A program made the position numbers and the translations under genes. Below are positions 10,273 through 20,680 of a DNA stretch of 63,676 bases, piece by piece (positions within the stretch are counted from its first letter, which is position 1; each line of letters begins with the position of its first letter). The stretch covers positions 1 to 63,676 of the forward strand of contig JBBDHX010000051.1 of assembly GCA_040880745.1 (NCBI GenBank), in the 5' to 3' direction. This stretch comes from Actinomycetota bacterium. GTDB taxonomy: Bacteria; Actinomycetota; UBA4738; HRBIN12. The notes under the pieces were generated by a model. That model saw nothing but the letters and a program-made list of their open reading frames with translations, was not told where the DNA came from and made no database searches.

Positions 10273-11254
10273 GACTCGACGATCTCGTCGGGCGTGTTGT
10301 GGACGGAGGCCGGGATCGTGCCGAGGCGTCCCGCCTGGTAGTCCTCGAACGCCTGGGCCAACTCCTCACGTGTGTTCATGACGAACGGGCCGTACCAAGC
10401 CACCGGCTCGCCGATGGGTCGTCCGCCGAGGACCAGCAGATCGAGCGCAGGGTGAGATCCTCCTGCTTCGCCGCCGCCTCCATGCGGATCGCGTCGCCGG
10501 GCCCGAAGACCGCCAACTGTCCCGTGCCGATCGGTCTGCGCTCCGCTCCGGCGAACCCGTCGCCGGCGAGCACGTAGACGAGCGCGTTGAACGACGGGTC
10601 CCACGGCAGGTCCAAACGTGCGCCCGGTTCGACCGTGGCGTGCGAGTACGCGATCGGCGTGTAGGTGTCCCCTGGACCCTGGTGCCCACCGAGCGAGCCG
10701 GCGATCATGCGCACCAGGGCTCCGGCGTCGGCCGTGGTCAGGAGCCCGACCTCGTCCGCGCGCAGGTCCTGGTAGCGCGGCGGCGCCCACTTCTGCGCCT
10801 TCGGGAGGTTCACCCACAGTTGCACGCCGTGGAACAGCCCGCCGCTCACCACCAGGTGCTCGGGCGGTTTCTCGATGTGCAAGATCCCGGCGCCCGCGGT
10901 CATCCACTGCGTGTCACCGTTCGTGATGACACCGCCGCCGCCGTTGGAGTCCTGATGCTCGAAGATGCCGTCGATCATGTAGGTGACGGTCTCGAAGCCG
11001 CGGTGAGGGTGCCACGGCGTGCCCTTGGGCTCTCCCGGCGCGTAGTCCACCTCCCCCATCTGGTCCATGTGGATGAACGGGTCGAGGTCGGCGAGGTCGA
11101 CCCCGGCGAAGGCGCGGCGTACTGGGAAGCCCTCTCCTTCGAAACCACGCGGCGCGATGGTGACGGACTTCACCGGACGCAGGTGTTGGGTGGCCTCGTC
11201 AACCGCGACGAGGCGGTCGAGCGAGCTCAGGTCTTCGACGGTGATGGCGGGCAC
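10269..11254 (-). pseudogene. Pirin family protein with a single frameshift near 10451
   Basis: PWHPHRGFETVTY and [12 protein letters not shown] in one frame; C-terminal [27 protein letters not shown] in another; 986 nt, one base short of an intact frame. Confidence 0.8.
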
Positions 11255-11317
11255 GGCGGGGCTCCCTCGGTCGGTTGCTCACAGGAACGCTACGCGACCT
11301 GCGCCCATTCCGCCCGT

Positions 11318-13636
11318 TCAGCCGGCTCCGAGCGCTGCGTCGAGCGCGGCCGCGAACACCGGGACCTCCGCCGTGGTGAACGCGAGCGGCGGGCGGACCT
11401 TGAGGATGTTGCCGGCGTGTCCGGTAGAGCCGACGAGCACCCCATGCTCGCGAAGCCGATCCTTGATGGCGGCCGCGCCGGCACCGTCGGGCTCACTCGA
11501 CGCCGGGCCGGACACGATCTCGATGCCGTTGGCCAAACCCATCCCACGGACGTCGCCGATCGCCGGATGCCGAGAGGCGACCTCGCGGATCGCCGCGCGC
11601 AAGGCTTCGCCCGCCAAGACGACCCGCGGCAGCACGCGCTCGTCCTCCAACACGTCAAGCACCGCGAGCCCCGCGGCCGCCGAGACGGGATTGCCCCCGA
11701 ACGTGGAGAAGAACACGGTCTCCTCGGCGAACCGCTCGGCGATCTCGCGGCGGGTGATGACCGCTGCCACCGGGTGACCGTTGCCCATCGGCTTGCCGAG
11801 CGTGACGAAGTCCGGTTCGATCCCGTGGCGCTGGAACGACCACATCGCGTCGCCGGTGCGGCCGTGCCCGCCCTGGACTTCGTCGGCGATCCACAGGCCG
11901 CCGGCCTCGTGCGTGAGTCGCACCCACGTCTGCACGAGCGCGGGATCGAGGTCGTAGAAGCCGTCGCTCGTGAGCACGGCGTCCAGGATCGCGGCGGCCG
12001 GCGCGTGATCACGTGCGGCCAGCCGTTCCAGCGCCGCCGCGAACACCGAGGGATCGGCGTGCAGCCCGCGATACGTGTCGGGCGGTTCCCACGCCTCGAT
12101 GTGCTGCGGTGGCCGGCTGGCCGGCCAGGTCTCGGGCGAGAGCGGCGCGATGGCGTCGCTGATCCCGTGGTAGGCCATCGCGGTGCAGAGGCCGCCGCGG
12201 TTCCCCGTGTACGTCGTCGCCAGGCGCCATGCGAGGTCGTTGGCCTCGGAACCGGAGTTGACGAACAGCACGGTGTCGAGCCCCGGCGGGCAGGTGGCGA
12301 TCAGTCGCTCCGCCAGCTCGACCGCCGCCGCATGCAGGTAGCGCATGTTCGTGTTCAGCAGGCGGGACTGCCGCGCGATCGCCTCGGTCACGCGAGGATG
12401 CGAATGCCCCACGCACGGGACGTTGTTGTAGGCATCGAGGTACGTGCGTCCCTCGGTGTCGGTCATCCACACGCCACGGGCGCTCGCCATGGTGATCGGA
12501 TGCTCGTAGGTGAGCGGTTCCATGGCCGGGCCGAGTGCGCGCGTCCGCCGTTCGGCGAGGTCGGGTGAAGGCCGGCCGGGGCTCCCGAGCCGCCGGGCCA
12601 CTTCGTCCCAGCCTGCGTCCAGGATGACTTCGATCGTACGCGCGACCGAGCCGTTGTACCGCCCCGCGAACTCGGCGTTCTCCAGGCCTTTCGCCACCCG
12701 CCACGACGAGATCGCGATCGTGACGGCCGAGCGGGTGGCCAGCAGTTCGCCGAGGATACGCAGCTCGATGGGTTCGAGCGGCGTGACCCGCTGATATCCG
12801 TCGAGGACCAGACGTGCCACCCGGAAGATCTCCTCGGGCTCCCGATCGACGACGAGCGAATCCAAGATCGAGGAGACGTCGGTCACGAGCGCGGAGTGGC
12901 CCATGTCGCCGAAGTCGATGATGGCCGTGATCATCCCGTCGTCGTCGATCAGGGCGTTGTCGACGGTGAGATCGCCGTGCACGACCTGGGCGCGCAGGAT
13001 CGGCCAGACGGGCGCCACCACCTCGTCGAACCGGTCGAGCACCCGCTCCACCATCGCGCGTTGACCCGGGTCGCGCACGTCGGGCAGCAGCGCACGCGTG
13101 CGGGGCGCGTGCTGCACATCCCACAACATCGTGCGTTGCGCCTTCGAGTGGAAGAAGCCCCGGGTCGCGCGTCCGAGGCGCGCCGTGATCTGACCCCAGT
13201 TCGAGACCGCGGCGTCGGAGAGCGTCGTCGCGTCGAACCGGCCCCTACCCGGCAGGACGTCGTACATGCGGACGAAGTGCGAGCCGTCCTCGGCGTCGAA
13301 GCGCACCCGGTAGGCGGCCGGATCGTCGCCGGAGCCGTGCCCGGGGGCGAGGCGTGGCAGCGCGACCGGGAGCGTCGGGTCGGCCCGGCGGGCATGCAGG
13401 GCCACGAGTGCCTCCATGTCCAGCACCTCGGGATCCTCGGCGGGGTTGGAGATCTTCATCACCGCGAGCGGCCCGTCGGTGCCAACGAGCATGAGCGTCT
13501 GGTCGCGCTCGCTCCCGAGGTCCTCCACGCCGGTCGCCGACACGCCGAACGTCTCGGCCGCGATCGTGAAGGCCTCCTCGCGGGTGAAGCGCGGCGGTGT
13601 GACCTGCAGGACCTGGTCGAACTCCGGCGTGCTCAT
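11318..13636 (-). CDS. APH-like kinase fused to class III PLP aminotransferase (hydroxylysine kinase/phospho-lyase-like)
   Basis: LGSERD, HGDLTVDN, IIDFGD; NNVPCVGHSHP, NSGSEAND, ADEVQGG, TLGKPMGNG. Confidence 0.9.
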   Translation of the reverse strand: MSTPEFDQVLQVTPPRFTREEAFTIAAETFGVSATGVEDLGSERDQTLMLVGTDGPLAVMKISNPAEDPEVLDMEALVALHARRADPTLPVALPRLAPGHGSGDDPAAYRVRFDAEDGSHFVRMYDVLPGRGRFDATTLSDAAVSNWGQITARLGRATRGFFHSKAQRTMLWDVQHAPRTRALLPDVRDPGQRAMVERVLDRFDEVVAPVWPILRAQVVHGDLTVDNALIDDDGMITAIIDFGDMGHSALVTDVSSILDSLVVDREPEEIFRVARLVLDGYQRVTPLEPIELRILGELLATRSAVTIAISSWRVAKGLENAEFAGRYNGSVARTIEVILDAGWDEVARRLGSPGRPSPDLAERRTRALGPAMEPLTYEHPITMASARGVWMTDTEGRTYLDAYNNVPCVGHSHPRVTEAIARQSRLLNTNMRYLHAAAVELAERLIATCPPGLDTVLFVNSGSEANDLAWRLATTYTGNRGGLCTAMAYHGISDAIAPLSPETWPASRPPQHIEAWEPPDTYRGLHADPSVFAAALERLAARDHAPAAAILDAVLTSDGFYDLDPALVQTWVRLTHEAGGLWIADEVQGGHGRTGDAMWSFQRHGIEPDFVTLGKPMGNGHPVAAVITRREIAERFAEETVFFSTFGGNPVSAAAGLAVLDVLEDERVLPRVVLAGEALRAAIREVASRHPAIGDVRGMGLANGIEIVSGPASSEPDGAGAAAIKDRLREHGVLVGSTGHAGNILKVRPPLAFTTAEVPVFAAALDAALGAG

Positions 13637-13682
13637 GGCAGGCTAACGATACCCAGCGCGGGTTGTGGGAGGCTTGCGCGCG

Positions 13683-14690
13683 ATGGAGCTCGGCCTGCAT
13701 CTGGGTGCGCTGCACGCCCGTCTGCCCGACGTCGGCGCGCTCGCGAGCGAGGCCGAGCGCCTGGGGTTCGACTCGGTCTGGGCGGGGGAGGCCTACGGCA
13801 ACGACGCCGCCACGGTGGCCGCGTTCGCTGCTGCCCGGACCTCGCGCGTACGGATCGGGACCGCGGTGATGCAGATCCCGGCCCGGACACCGGCGATGAC
13901 CGCGATGACTGCTCTTACCCTGGACGACCTCTCGGGAGGCCGGTTCATCCTGGGGCTGGGGATGTCGGGGCCGCGGGTGATCGAGGGTTGGCACGGGCAG
14001 CCGTTCGATCACCCGCTCACCCAGACCCGCGAGCACGTGGCGCTCGTGCGCCGCGCGATCGCGCGCGAGGCGCCGCTCACCTTCGAGGGCGAGCGGTACC
14101 GCCTGCCGCTCGGGGGCACCGAGCCACTCCGCTCGACGCTGTACCCGCTTCGAACCGATCTGCCCATCTATCTGGCCTCGACCGGACCGCGCAACGTGGC
14201 GCTCGCGGGAGAGATCGCCGACGGCTGGATGCCGATCTTCTTCGCGCCCGCGCACGCGGCGGTGTTGGAGGAAGCGCTCGCCGGCGGGCTCGCGCAGGGC
14301 GGGCGCGACCGCGCCGACATCTCTATCGCGCCGATGGTCCCGGTGGCGGCCGGCCCAGACCTCGAAACGTGCCGGACCGAGATCCGCCGCTACCTCGCCC
14401 TGTACCTGGGCGGGATGGGCTCGCGGAGGACGAACTTCTACGCGAACCTCGTGCGACGCTACGGCTACGAGGAGGTGGACGTGGTCCAGGAGCGGTTCCT
14501 GGCGGGGGAGCGTGACGCCGCCGCCGAAGCCGTGCCCGAAGGCCTCATCGATGAGTTGGCGCTCGTCGGACCCGCCGGCCGCATCCGCGAGCGCTTGGAC
14601 GCATGGAGCGATGCGGGCGTGCACACCATGATCTGCCTCACGCAGGACCCGGCGCAGATGGCGATCTTGGCGGAGGCGTTCGGCCGATGA
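13683..14690 (+). CDS. LLM class (probably F420-dependent) oxidoreductase
   Basis: GEAYGND, MQIPARTPAMTAMTALTLDDLSGGRFILGLG, GEIADGW. Confidence 0.9.
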   Translation: MELGLHLGALHARLPDVGALASEAERLGFDSVWAGEAYGNDAATVAAFAAARTSRVRIGTAVMQIPARTPAMTAMTALTLDDLSGGRFILGLGMSGPRVIEGWHGQPFDHPLTQTREHVALVRRAIAREAPLTFEGERYRLPLGGTEPLRSTLYPLRTDLPIYLASTGPRNVALAGEIADGWMPIFFAPAHAAVLEEALAGGLAQGGRDRADISIAPMVPVAAGPDLETCRTEIRRYLALYLGGMGSRRTNFYANLVRRYGYEEVDVVQERFLAGERDAAAEAVPEGLIDELALVGPAGRIRERLDAWSDAGVHTMICLTQDPAQMAILAEAFGR

Positions 14691-15091
14691 TGGCGGCACC
14701 GGCGCGGATCGTGGTGGCCAAACCGGGTTTGGACGGTCATGACCGCGGCGCCCGGGTCGTAGCCCGGGCCCTCCGTGATGCCGGGTTCGAGGTCATCTAC
14801 ACGGGCCTATGGCAGACACCGGCGCAGATCGCCGAGACGTGCCTGCAAGAAGATGCCGACGCGCTCGGTCTCTCGTGTCACTCGGGGGCACACATGACCC
14901 TGTACCCGGAGGTGCTCCGCGAGCTGCGCGAGCGCGGCCTCGATGCGCTCCCCGTCTTCGCCGGCGGGATCGTCGGGCCCGAGGACATCGCGCCGCTCGC
15001 CGAGGACGGCGTCGAGAGGGTCTTCCCGCCCGGTTCGCGTCTGCCCGACATCGTGGCGTGGCTCCGCGACCGCCTCGGTGTCATCGCGTGA
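14687..15091 (+). CDS. icmB: Cobalamin-binding small subunit of acyl-CoA mutase
   Basis: KPGLDGHDRG (DxHxxG) motif; ATGA overlap with the LLM gene; symbol inferred from the neighbouring IcmA. Confidence 0.8.
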   Translation: MMAAPARIVVAKPGLDGHDRGARVVARALRDAGFEVIYTGLWQTPAQIAETCLQEDADALGLSCHSGAHMTLYPEVLRELRERGLDALPVFAGGIVGPEDIAPLAEDGVERVFPPGSRLPDIVAWLRDRLGVIA

Positions 15092-15122
15092 GCGAGCTGC
15101 GGGCTCCTGTTACGGTGCGCTG

Positions 15123-15629
15123 ATGGGTTCGTCCGTGCTCGATGACGCGTTCGGTCACCATGTGTGGGCGACGCTGCGGTTGCTCGATGTGTGCCTCGAG
15201 CTCAGCCCGGAGCAGCTCGACACGGTCGTGCCCGGAACGTACGGCTCGATCCTCGACACCCAGCGTCACCTCGTGGGGGCCGATACCTGGTACCTGTTCG
15301 TCATCACCGACGGGCGCATCGCGGAGATCGACGAGGATGCGATGGTCCTGCGCGAGTTGCGCGCGGTCATGGAGGCCAACGGCCCCGCATGGACCGCCCT
15401 CCTCGCCGGTGACGTCGACCCGGACGCAGACGTCGTGAACCGGTGGGAGGGGTGGGAGACCCACGCCCCGATGGGCATCCGGCTCGCGCAGGCCGTGCAC
15501 CACGGGACGGATCATCGGAGTCAGATCTGCACCGCCCTCACGACGCTCGGCGTCGAGCCGCCGGCGATCGATGTCTGGGACTTCGGCAGCCAGAACGGCC
15601 GCCACGTCGAGATCCCGCCACCGTCTTGA
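15123..15629 (+). CDS. DinB family protein
   Basis: HHVWAT, YGSILDTQRHLVGAD, HHGTDHRSQICTALTTLG. Confidence 0.88.
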   Translation: MGSSVLDDAFGHHVWATLRLLDVCLELSPEQLDTVVPGTYGSILDTQRHLVGADTWYLFVITDGRIAEIDEDAMVLRELRAVMEANGPAWTALLAGDVDPDADVVNRWEGWETHAPMGIRLAQAVHHGTDHRSQICTALTTLGVEPPAIDVWDFGSQNGRHVEIPPPS

Positions 15630-15640
15630 CGAGGAGGGTC

Positions 15641-17254
15641 ATGTCCGAAGGCCGCGATGAGCGCCGCACCTTCAGCGGGATGCCACTGCGGCCGGTCTAC
15701 GGCCCGGAGGACCTGGCTGGGTTCGATCCGGCCCGCGACCTGGGCGAGCCCGGCGCGTTCCCGCTCACCCGCGGCGTCTACCCGACGATGTACCGCGACA
15801 AGCTCTGGACGATGCGGCAGTTCGCGGGGTTCGGCTCCCCGGCCGAGACGAACGCGCGGTACCGGCTCCTCCTGGATCGCGGTCAGACGGGCCTCTCGGT
15901 CGCGTTCGACCTGCCGACACTGATGGGACGCGACTCCGACGACCCGTTCGCACGCGGCGAGGTCGGGCGGTGCGGTGTGGCGGTCGACTCGCTCGCGGAC
16001 ATGCAGCGGCTGTTCCAGGACATCCCGCTCGACCGCGTCAGCACGTCCATGACGATCAACGGTCCGGCCGTGATCGTATTCGCGATGTACCTGGCGGCCG
16101 CCGAACGCCAGGGGGCGTCGTTCGCCGACCTGGGCGGCACGCTGCAGACCGACATCTTCAAGGAGTACATCGCGCAACGAGAGTGGCTCTTCCCCCCGCG
16201 GCCGCACCTGCGGTTGATCGGCGACCTCATCGAGTTCTGCACGACCGAGGTCCCCCGGTTCCATCCGCTCAGCGTCTCGGGCTATCACATCCGCGAGGCC
16301 GGCTCGACCGCCGTGCAGGAGGCCGCGTTCACGCTCGCGGACGGGTTCGCGTACGTGGAGACGGGCACCCGCAGGGGTCTGCCCGTGGACGCGTTCGCGC
16401 CGCGCCTGTCCTTCTTCTTCAACGCGCACATCGACTTCTTCGAGGAGATCGCGAAGTTCCGCGCGGCGCGCCGGATCTGGGCCACGTGGATGCGTGACCG
16501 GTTCGGCGCGACGGACGAGCGCTCGCTCCGGCTGCGGTTCCACACGCAGACGGCGGGCTGTTCCCTCACGGCGGAGCAGCCGATGAACAACGTCGTCCGC
16601 ACCGCACTGGAGGCGCTCTCAGCGGTGATGGGCGGCACGCAGTCGCTGCACACGAACTCGCTCGACGAGGTCTACGCGCTGCCGACCGATCACGCGGCCA
16701 CGCTCGCGCTCAGGACCCAGCAGATCATCGCGTTCGAGAGCGGGGTCGCCGACGTGATCGACCCGCTCGGCGGGTCCTACTTCGTCGAGACGCTCACGAA
16801 CGAGGTCCAGGCGGGCGTCGAGGTCTACCTCGCACGGATCGACGAGATGGGGGAGGGCTCGATGCTCGAGGGTGTGCTCCGCGGGATCGACACCGGATTC
16901 TTCGTCCGCGAGATCGCCGAAGCCGCGTTCGAGGAGCAGCGCCGTTTCGACGAGCGGGACCTGCAGCGGGTCGGGGTGAACGCGTTCACCGATGACGCCG
17001 AGGATGCCGTCGAGGTGCTCCAGATACCGCTCGCCACGGAGGTCGCGGTGGTCTCGTCGCTCGCCGAACGTCGCGCCGTTCGCGACGCGGCTCGTGTCGG
17101 CGCGACCCTTGCGCATCTCGAGGCGGTGGCGGCGAGCGAAGAGAACATCATGCCCGCGCTCTTGGAGTGTGCTCGCGTGGAGTGCAGCGAAGGGGAGATG
17201 GCCGGGGCGCTCCGCGCCGTGTTCGGCACGCACCCCGAGTCGGTCACGATCTAG
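15641..17254 (+). CDS. icmA: Isobutyryl-CoA mutase large subunit (methylmalonyl-CoA mutase family)
   Basis: WTMRQFAGFG (Phe where MCM has Tyr89) and QTDIFKEYIAQ (Gln where MCM has Arg207); SGYHIREAG; SD GAGGAGG. Confidence 0.85.
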   Translation: MSEGRDERRTFSGMPLRPVYGPEDLAGFDPARDLGEPGAFPLTRGVYPTMYRDKLWTMRQFAGFGSPAETNARYRLLLDRGQTGLSVAFDLPTLMGRDSDDPFARGEVGRCGVAVDSLADMQRLFQDIPLDRVSTSMTINGPAVIVFAMYLAAAERQGASFADLGGTLQTDIFKEYIAQREWLFPPRPHLRLIGDLIEFCTTEVPRFHPLSVSGYHIREAGSTAVQEAAFTLADGFAYVETGTRRGLPVDAFAPRLSFFFNAHIDFFEEIAKFRAARRIWATWMRDRFGATDERSLRLRFHTQTAGCSLTAEQPMNNVVRTALEALSAVMGGTQSLHTNSLDEVYALPTDHAATLALRTQQIIAFESGVADVIDPLGGSYFVETLTNEVQAGVEVYLARIDEMGEGSMLEGVLRGIDTGFFVREIAEAAFEEQRRFDERDLQRVGVNAFTDDAEDAVEVLQIPLATEVAVVSSLAERRAVRDAARVGATLAHLEAVAASEENIMPALLECARVECSEGEMAGALRAVFGTHPESVTI

Positions 17255-18807
17255 GGAACGGTCACCTTCACCGAGTGCAGGCCCGTGGCCCCGTCGGGGA
17301 ACGGCGCTTGGTAGGTCTCGGGCTGGGTCTCGCCCGTGCCGTCGGTCGCCCGGACGCGCAGGGTGTGCTCTCCCGGCGTTGCCTGCCAGCGGTAGACCCA
17401 TAGCCGCCAGGTATCGACGGTTGCTTCATCGGCGAGATCCGCCTCGACCCAAGGCAGGTCGTCCACCTGCACCTCGACACGGTCGATGCCTCGGTGTTGT
17501 GCCCACGCGATGCCGGCGACCGCGATCTCGCCTGCGGCCTGCCGCTTGCCGCCTGCCGGCGTGTCGATACGTGACTGCGTCTTGATCGGGGCCTGCTGCC
17601 CCCATCCGCGCTTGATCCAGTACGCATCGAAGGCGTCGAACGTCGTGGCTTCGATGTCCACGACCCATTTCGTGGCCGAGACGTAGCCGTACAGGCCCGG
17701 CACCACCATGCGGACGGGGAACCCGTGGGCGATGGGCAGCGGCTCGCCGTTCATGGCTACCGCGAGCAGGGCGTCGCGACCGTCCATCACCACGCTCGTC
17801 GGCGTGCCGCATGTCCACCCGTCGACGGACTTCGATACCAACTGGTCCGAGCCCGGATCGATGCCGGCCTCTTCCAGGAGTGCTGCCAGCGACGTCCCGA
17901 TCCACCGGGCGTTCCCGATGTACTCGCCGCCGACCGGGTTCGAGACGCAGGCGAGCGTGATGTCGCGCTCGATCATGGGCCGGGCCAGCAGGTCGGCGTA
18001 GGTGAGGGTGATCGGTGTGTCGACCATGCCGTGGATGTTCAGGCTCCAGTCCTCGGCCATCACCGAGGGTGTCACGAACGTGGTGTCCACCTTGTAGAAG
18101 CGATCGTTCGGCGTGAAGAAGGGTTCGGTGCCCTCCACGTCGAGGCCTGCGCCCGGCACGTCCGTGGCGGAACTCTCGGGCTCGGGGACCCCGACCTTCG
18201 CGCGTGAATCGCCGGCGTCGGCGCGGCGGATGAGGTAGGTCCCCAGCCCGCCGGCGAAGGTGGCGAGGACGATCCCGCCCGCGGCCGAACGGAAGAAGCT
18301 TCGGCGGTCCACCATGCCGGAGGGCTCGGCGGCGGGGGGCATGTCGGTCGCGGGCGTCGCCGCCGGTGAGGGCAGAGCCCCGCGGAGCCGCCAGAAGGCC
18401 GCGGTGCCGGCGCCGGCCCCGATGAGACTGGGGAGCGCCGAGGCCGGGCCGGCGCCGGCGCGGGTGAGCGCGGCGGCCGCGCCGATCGCCCCTAGCGCGA
18501 CGAGCCCGCCGTAGCCCAGGCGCGGCCGCCGCACCGCTGCGATCCCCAAGATCGCGGCCGCGACGACGAGTACCGCTGCCATGCCGAGCAGCAGGGCGAG
18601 CTTGTCTCGCTCGCCGAAGGTCTCGATGGCGAACTCCTTGAGCCACACCGGCGCCCGATCGATCGCGGCCTGACCGACGGCGACGATGGGAGAACCGCCG
18701 TGCGCCACCACCGCCGCGACGAGGTGCCCGACGCCCACGGCGAACCCTGCGGTCACCAGGCCGAGCACGGCGCCTCGGAACCGGGAGACCTCGTTCTCAC
18801 CCTTCAT
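17251..18807 (-). CDS. Sulfite-oxidase-family molybdoenzyme with N-terminal membrane domain
   Basis: Moco Cys in TLACVSN; MNGEPLPIAHGFPVRMVVPGLYGYVSATKW; internal RRSFF motif; start could be 18819. Confidence 0.9.
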   Translation of the reverse strand: MKGENEVSRFRGAVLGLVTAGFAVGVGHLVAAVVAHGGSPIVAVGQAAIDRAPVWLKEFAIETFGERDKLALLLGMAAVLVVAAAILGIAAVRRPRLGYGGLVALGAIGAAAALTRAGAGPASALPSLIGAGAGTAAFWRLRGALPSPAATPATDMPPAAEPSGMVDRRSFFRSAAGGIVLATFAGGLGTYLIRRADAGDSRAKVGVPEPESSATDVPGAGLDVEGTEPFFTPNDRFYKVDTTFVTPSVMAEDWSLNIHGMVDTPITLTYADLLARPMIERDITLACVSNPVGGEYIGNARWIGTSLAALLEEAGIDPGSDQLVSKSVDGWTCGTPTSVVMDGRDALLAVAMNGEPLPIAHGFPVRMVVPGLYGYVSATKWVVDIEATTFDAFDAYWIKRGWGQQAPIKTQSRIDTPAGGKRQAAGEIAVAGIAWAQHRGIDRVEVQVDDLPWVEADLADEATVDTWRLWVYRWQATPGEHTLRVRATDGTGETQPETYQAPFPDGATGLHSVKVTVP

Positions 18808-18856
18808 GACCACCATCATGCGTCATCGCACCTTGCCGGATCGTTACGGTGACCGG

Positions 18857-20527
18857 GTGTCTTCGGCGCTGAGACGGGTGGTGGCGGCCGCGCTGGTGGC
18901 GGCCGGACTGGTGCCTGCCCTGCCCACGCACGCCGCGAAGAAGGTCCCCGGGATCGATGTCTCGCAGTGGCAGGACAACGTCGACTGGCCGACGGTCGCC
19001 GGCGTCGGAACCGGTTTCGTCATCATCCGTGCCACGAAGGGCGATGACTATCGCGATCCGATGTACACGACCCACCTCGCCGGAGCGCTCGCCAACCAGA
19101 TCGTCCCGGGCGCCTATCACCGCGCGACCCCGAGCCTCGCTCGCGGCGATGCGTTGGCTGAAGCGAACTTCTTCCTGAAGGAGGCTCGCAACGAGGCGGG
19201 CGACGTGCTCCCCGTGCTCGACATCGAGGAGACCGGCGGGTTGAACGTCGTGCAGCTCCAGGACTGGGTCCGCACATGGGTGGTGCGCGTTCGCAGCCGT
19301 CTCGGCGTGCGGCCGATGATCTACGCGAGCCCGTACTTCTGGGAGACGAACATGGGCGACACGACGTGGTTCGCCGACCGTGGGTACCCGCTGTGGGTCG
19401 CGCATTGGGACGCGCCATCCCCGCGCGTGCCGGCGGGCGACTGGGGCGGGCATGGCTGGACGTACTGGCAATGGACGGTGGGGACGCTCGACGGTGTCGA
19501 AGGTCCCGTCGACCGTGACCGGTTCATGACGTCGGACCTCACCGACGGGACCATCGCTTCCCTCCGGGTGCGGCCGGCGAGCGGGGGCACGATCACCGGT
19601 CCTCGCATCTCGTGCGGGGGCGACGCGACCCGGTGCCGGCGGCTGGCCAACCCATCCATGGTGATCACGCTGACGGCCGCCCCGAACGAGGCGCAGGCCT
19701 TCCACGGCTGGACGGGAGCCTGCGCGCCGGCTGGAACCACACCGACCTGCGACGTCACTCTCCGCGGAGCGATGCGCGTGTCCGCGGTGTTCCAACCGGT
19801 CGTCGTTCTCCCCGAGGACGGCGAGGGCTCGTCGTTCGGCTGGGGCACGCGTTCGGCGCCCACCGCCCTCGGCGGGTCGTTCCGGTTCGAGCGTCGCGAA
19901 GGGGCCTCGCTCTCGTTCGAGGTCACGGGCGGGCGGGTCACGGTGCACGCGGTGCGTGGGCCGGCGATGGGGAAGGTGAGGATCGAGGTCGACGGCGCGA
20001 GGGTCAGCGTGATCGACGGGTGGGCGCGTGAGACCGGGATCGAACGCCACGTGTTCGAAGGGCTGGGTTCGGGCGCCCACACGCTGAACATCGTGGTGCT
20101 CGGCACGGCCCGGCCGCGCTCGAGTGGCACGGGGGTCGGGGTGGATGCGCTCCGCTGGGGCGGTGAGGTGCGCGACGACCCGGATCCCGCCGCGGCGACG
20201 TGGGGCCGGCTCGCGGCTACCGCGGCATCCGATGGGATCGCGGTCATCAGCGACGTGCGGGGCGCGAGGGCTTCGCTCGCGTTCGCCGGTGTCGGCGTGA
20301 CGTGGATCACGTCGACCGGGCCGGGCATGGGGCGAGCCGAAGTGTGGATCGACGGCCGGTTGACCCGCGTCGTTGGCCTGTATGACGCCACGCGGTCGTT
20401 CGGGGTGCGGGAGACCTTCCGGGGGCTCAGCGATGCGAACCACCGGATCCGGATCGTGGTGCAGGGCCGGAAGAACCCGGCGTCGGCGGGAAGCGCCGTG
20501 GTGGTTGACGGGTGGATCGTGCGGTGA
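18857..20527 (+). CDS. Secreted GH25 muramidase with InlB B-repeat-like domain and two beta-sandwich repeats
   Basis: GIDVSQWQ, IRATKG, GAYH, PVLDIEE, LWVAHW, WQWT, VDRD; two repeats GPxMGxxxxxxDG...VDa/g. Confidence 0.88.
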   Translation: MSSALRRVVAAALVAAGLVPALPTHAAKKVPGIDVSQWQDNVDWPTVAGVGTGFVIIRATKGDDYRDPMYTTHLAGALANQIVPGAYHRATPSLARGDALAEANFFLKEARNEAGDVLPVLDIEETGGLNVVQLQDWVRTWVVRVRSRLGVRPMIYASPYFWETNMGDTTWFADRGYPLWVAHWDAPSPRVPAGDWGGHGWTYWQWTVGTLDGVEGPVDRDRFMTSDLTDGTIASLRVRPASGGTITGPRISCGGDATRCRRLANPSMVITLTAAPNEAQAFHGWTGACAPAGTTPTCDVTLRGAMRVSAVFQPVVVLPEDGEGSSFGWGTRSAPTALGGSFRFERREGASLSFEVTGGRVTVHAVRGPAMGKVRIEVDGARVSVIDGWARETGIERHVFEGLGSGAHTLNIVVLGTARPRSSGTGVGVDALRWGGEVRDDPDPAAATWGRLAATAASDGIAVISDVRGARASLAFAGVGVTWITSTGPGMGRAEVWIDGRLTRVVGLYDATRSFGVRETFRGLSDANHRIRIVVQGRKNPASAGSAVVVDGWIVR

Positions 20528-20533
20528 GTGCGG

Positions 20534-20680
20534 TCAGTTCCCGGTGATCTGGAAGCTCGAGCCGCCGCTGTCGCCGCCCTTGCCTTTGCCCTTCGCCTTC
20601 TTGGCCGCACGCTTCTCTTTCAGGCTCTTGCTGGCAGCGGTCTTATCGCCCTTGCCGCCGCCCTTGTCCTTGTTGGCCAT
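20534..20680 (-). CDS. Small Lys/Gly-rich basic protein (48 aa)
   Basis: MANKDKGGGKGDKTAASKSLKEKRAAKKAK; SD GAGGAGG; AAG-biased codons. Confidence 0.75.
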   Translation of the reverse strand: MANKDKGGGKGDKTAASKSLKEKRAAKKAKGKGKGGDSGGSSFQITGN

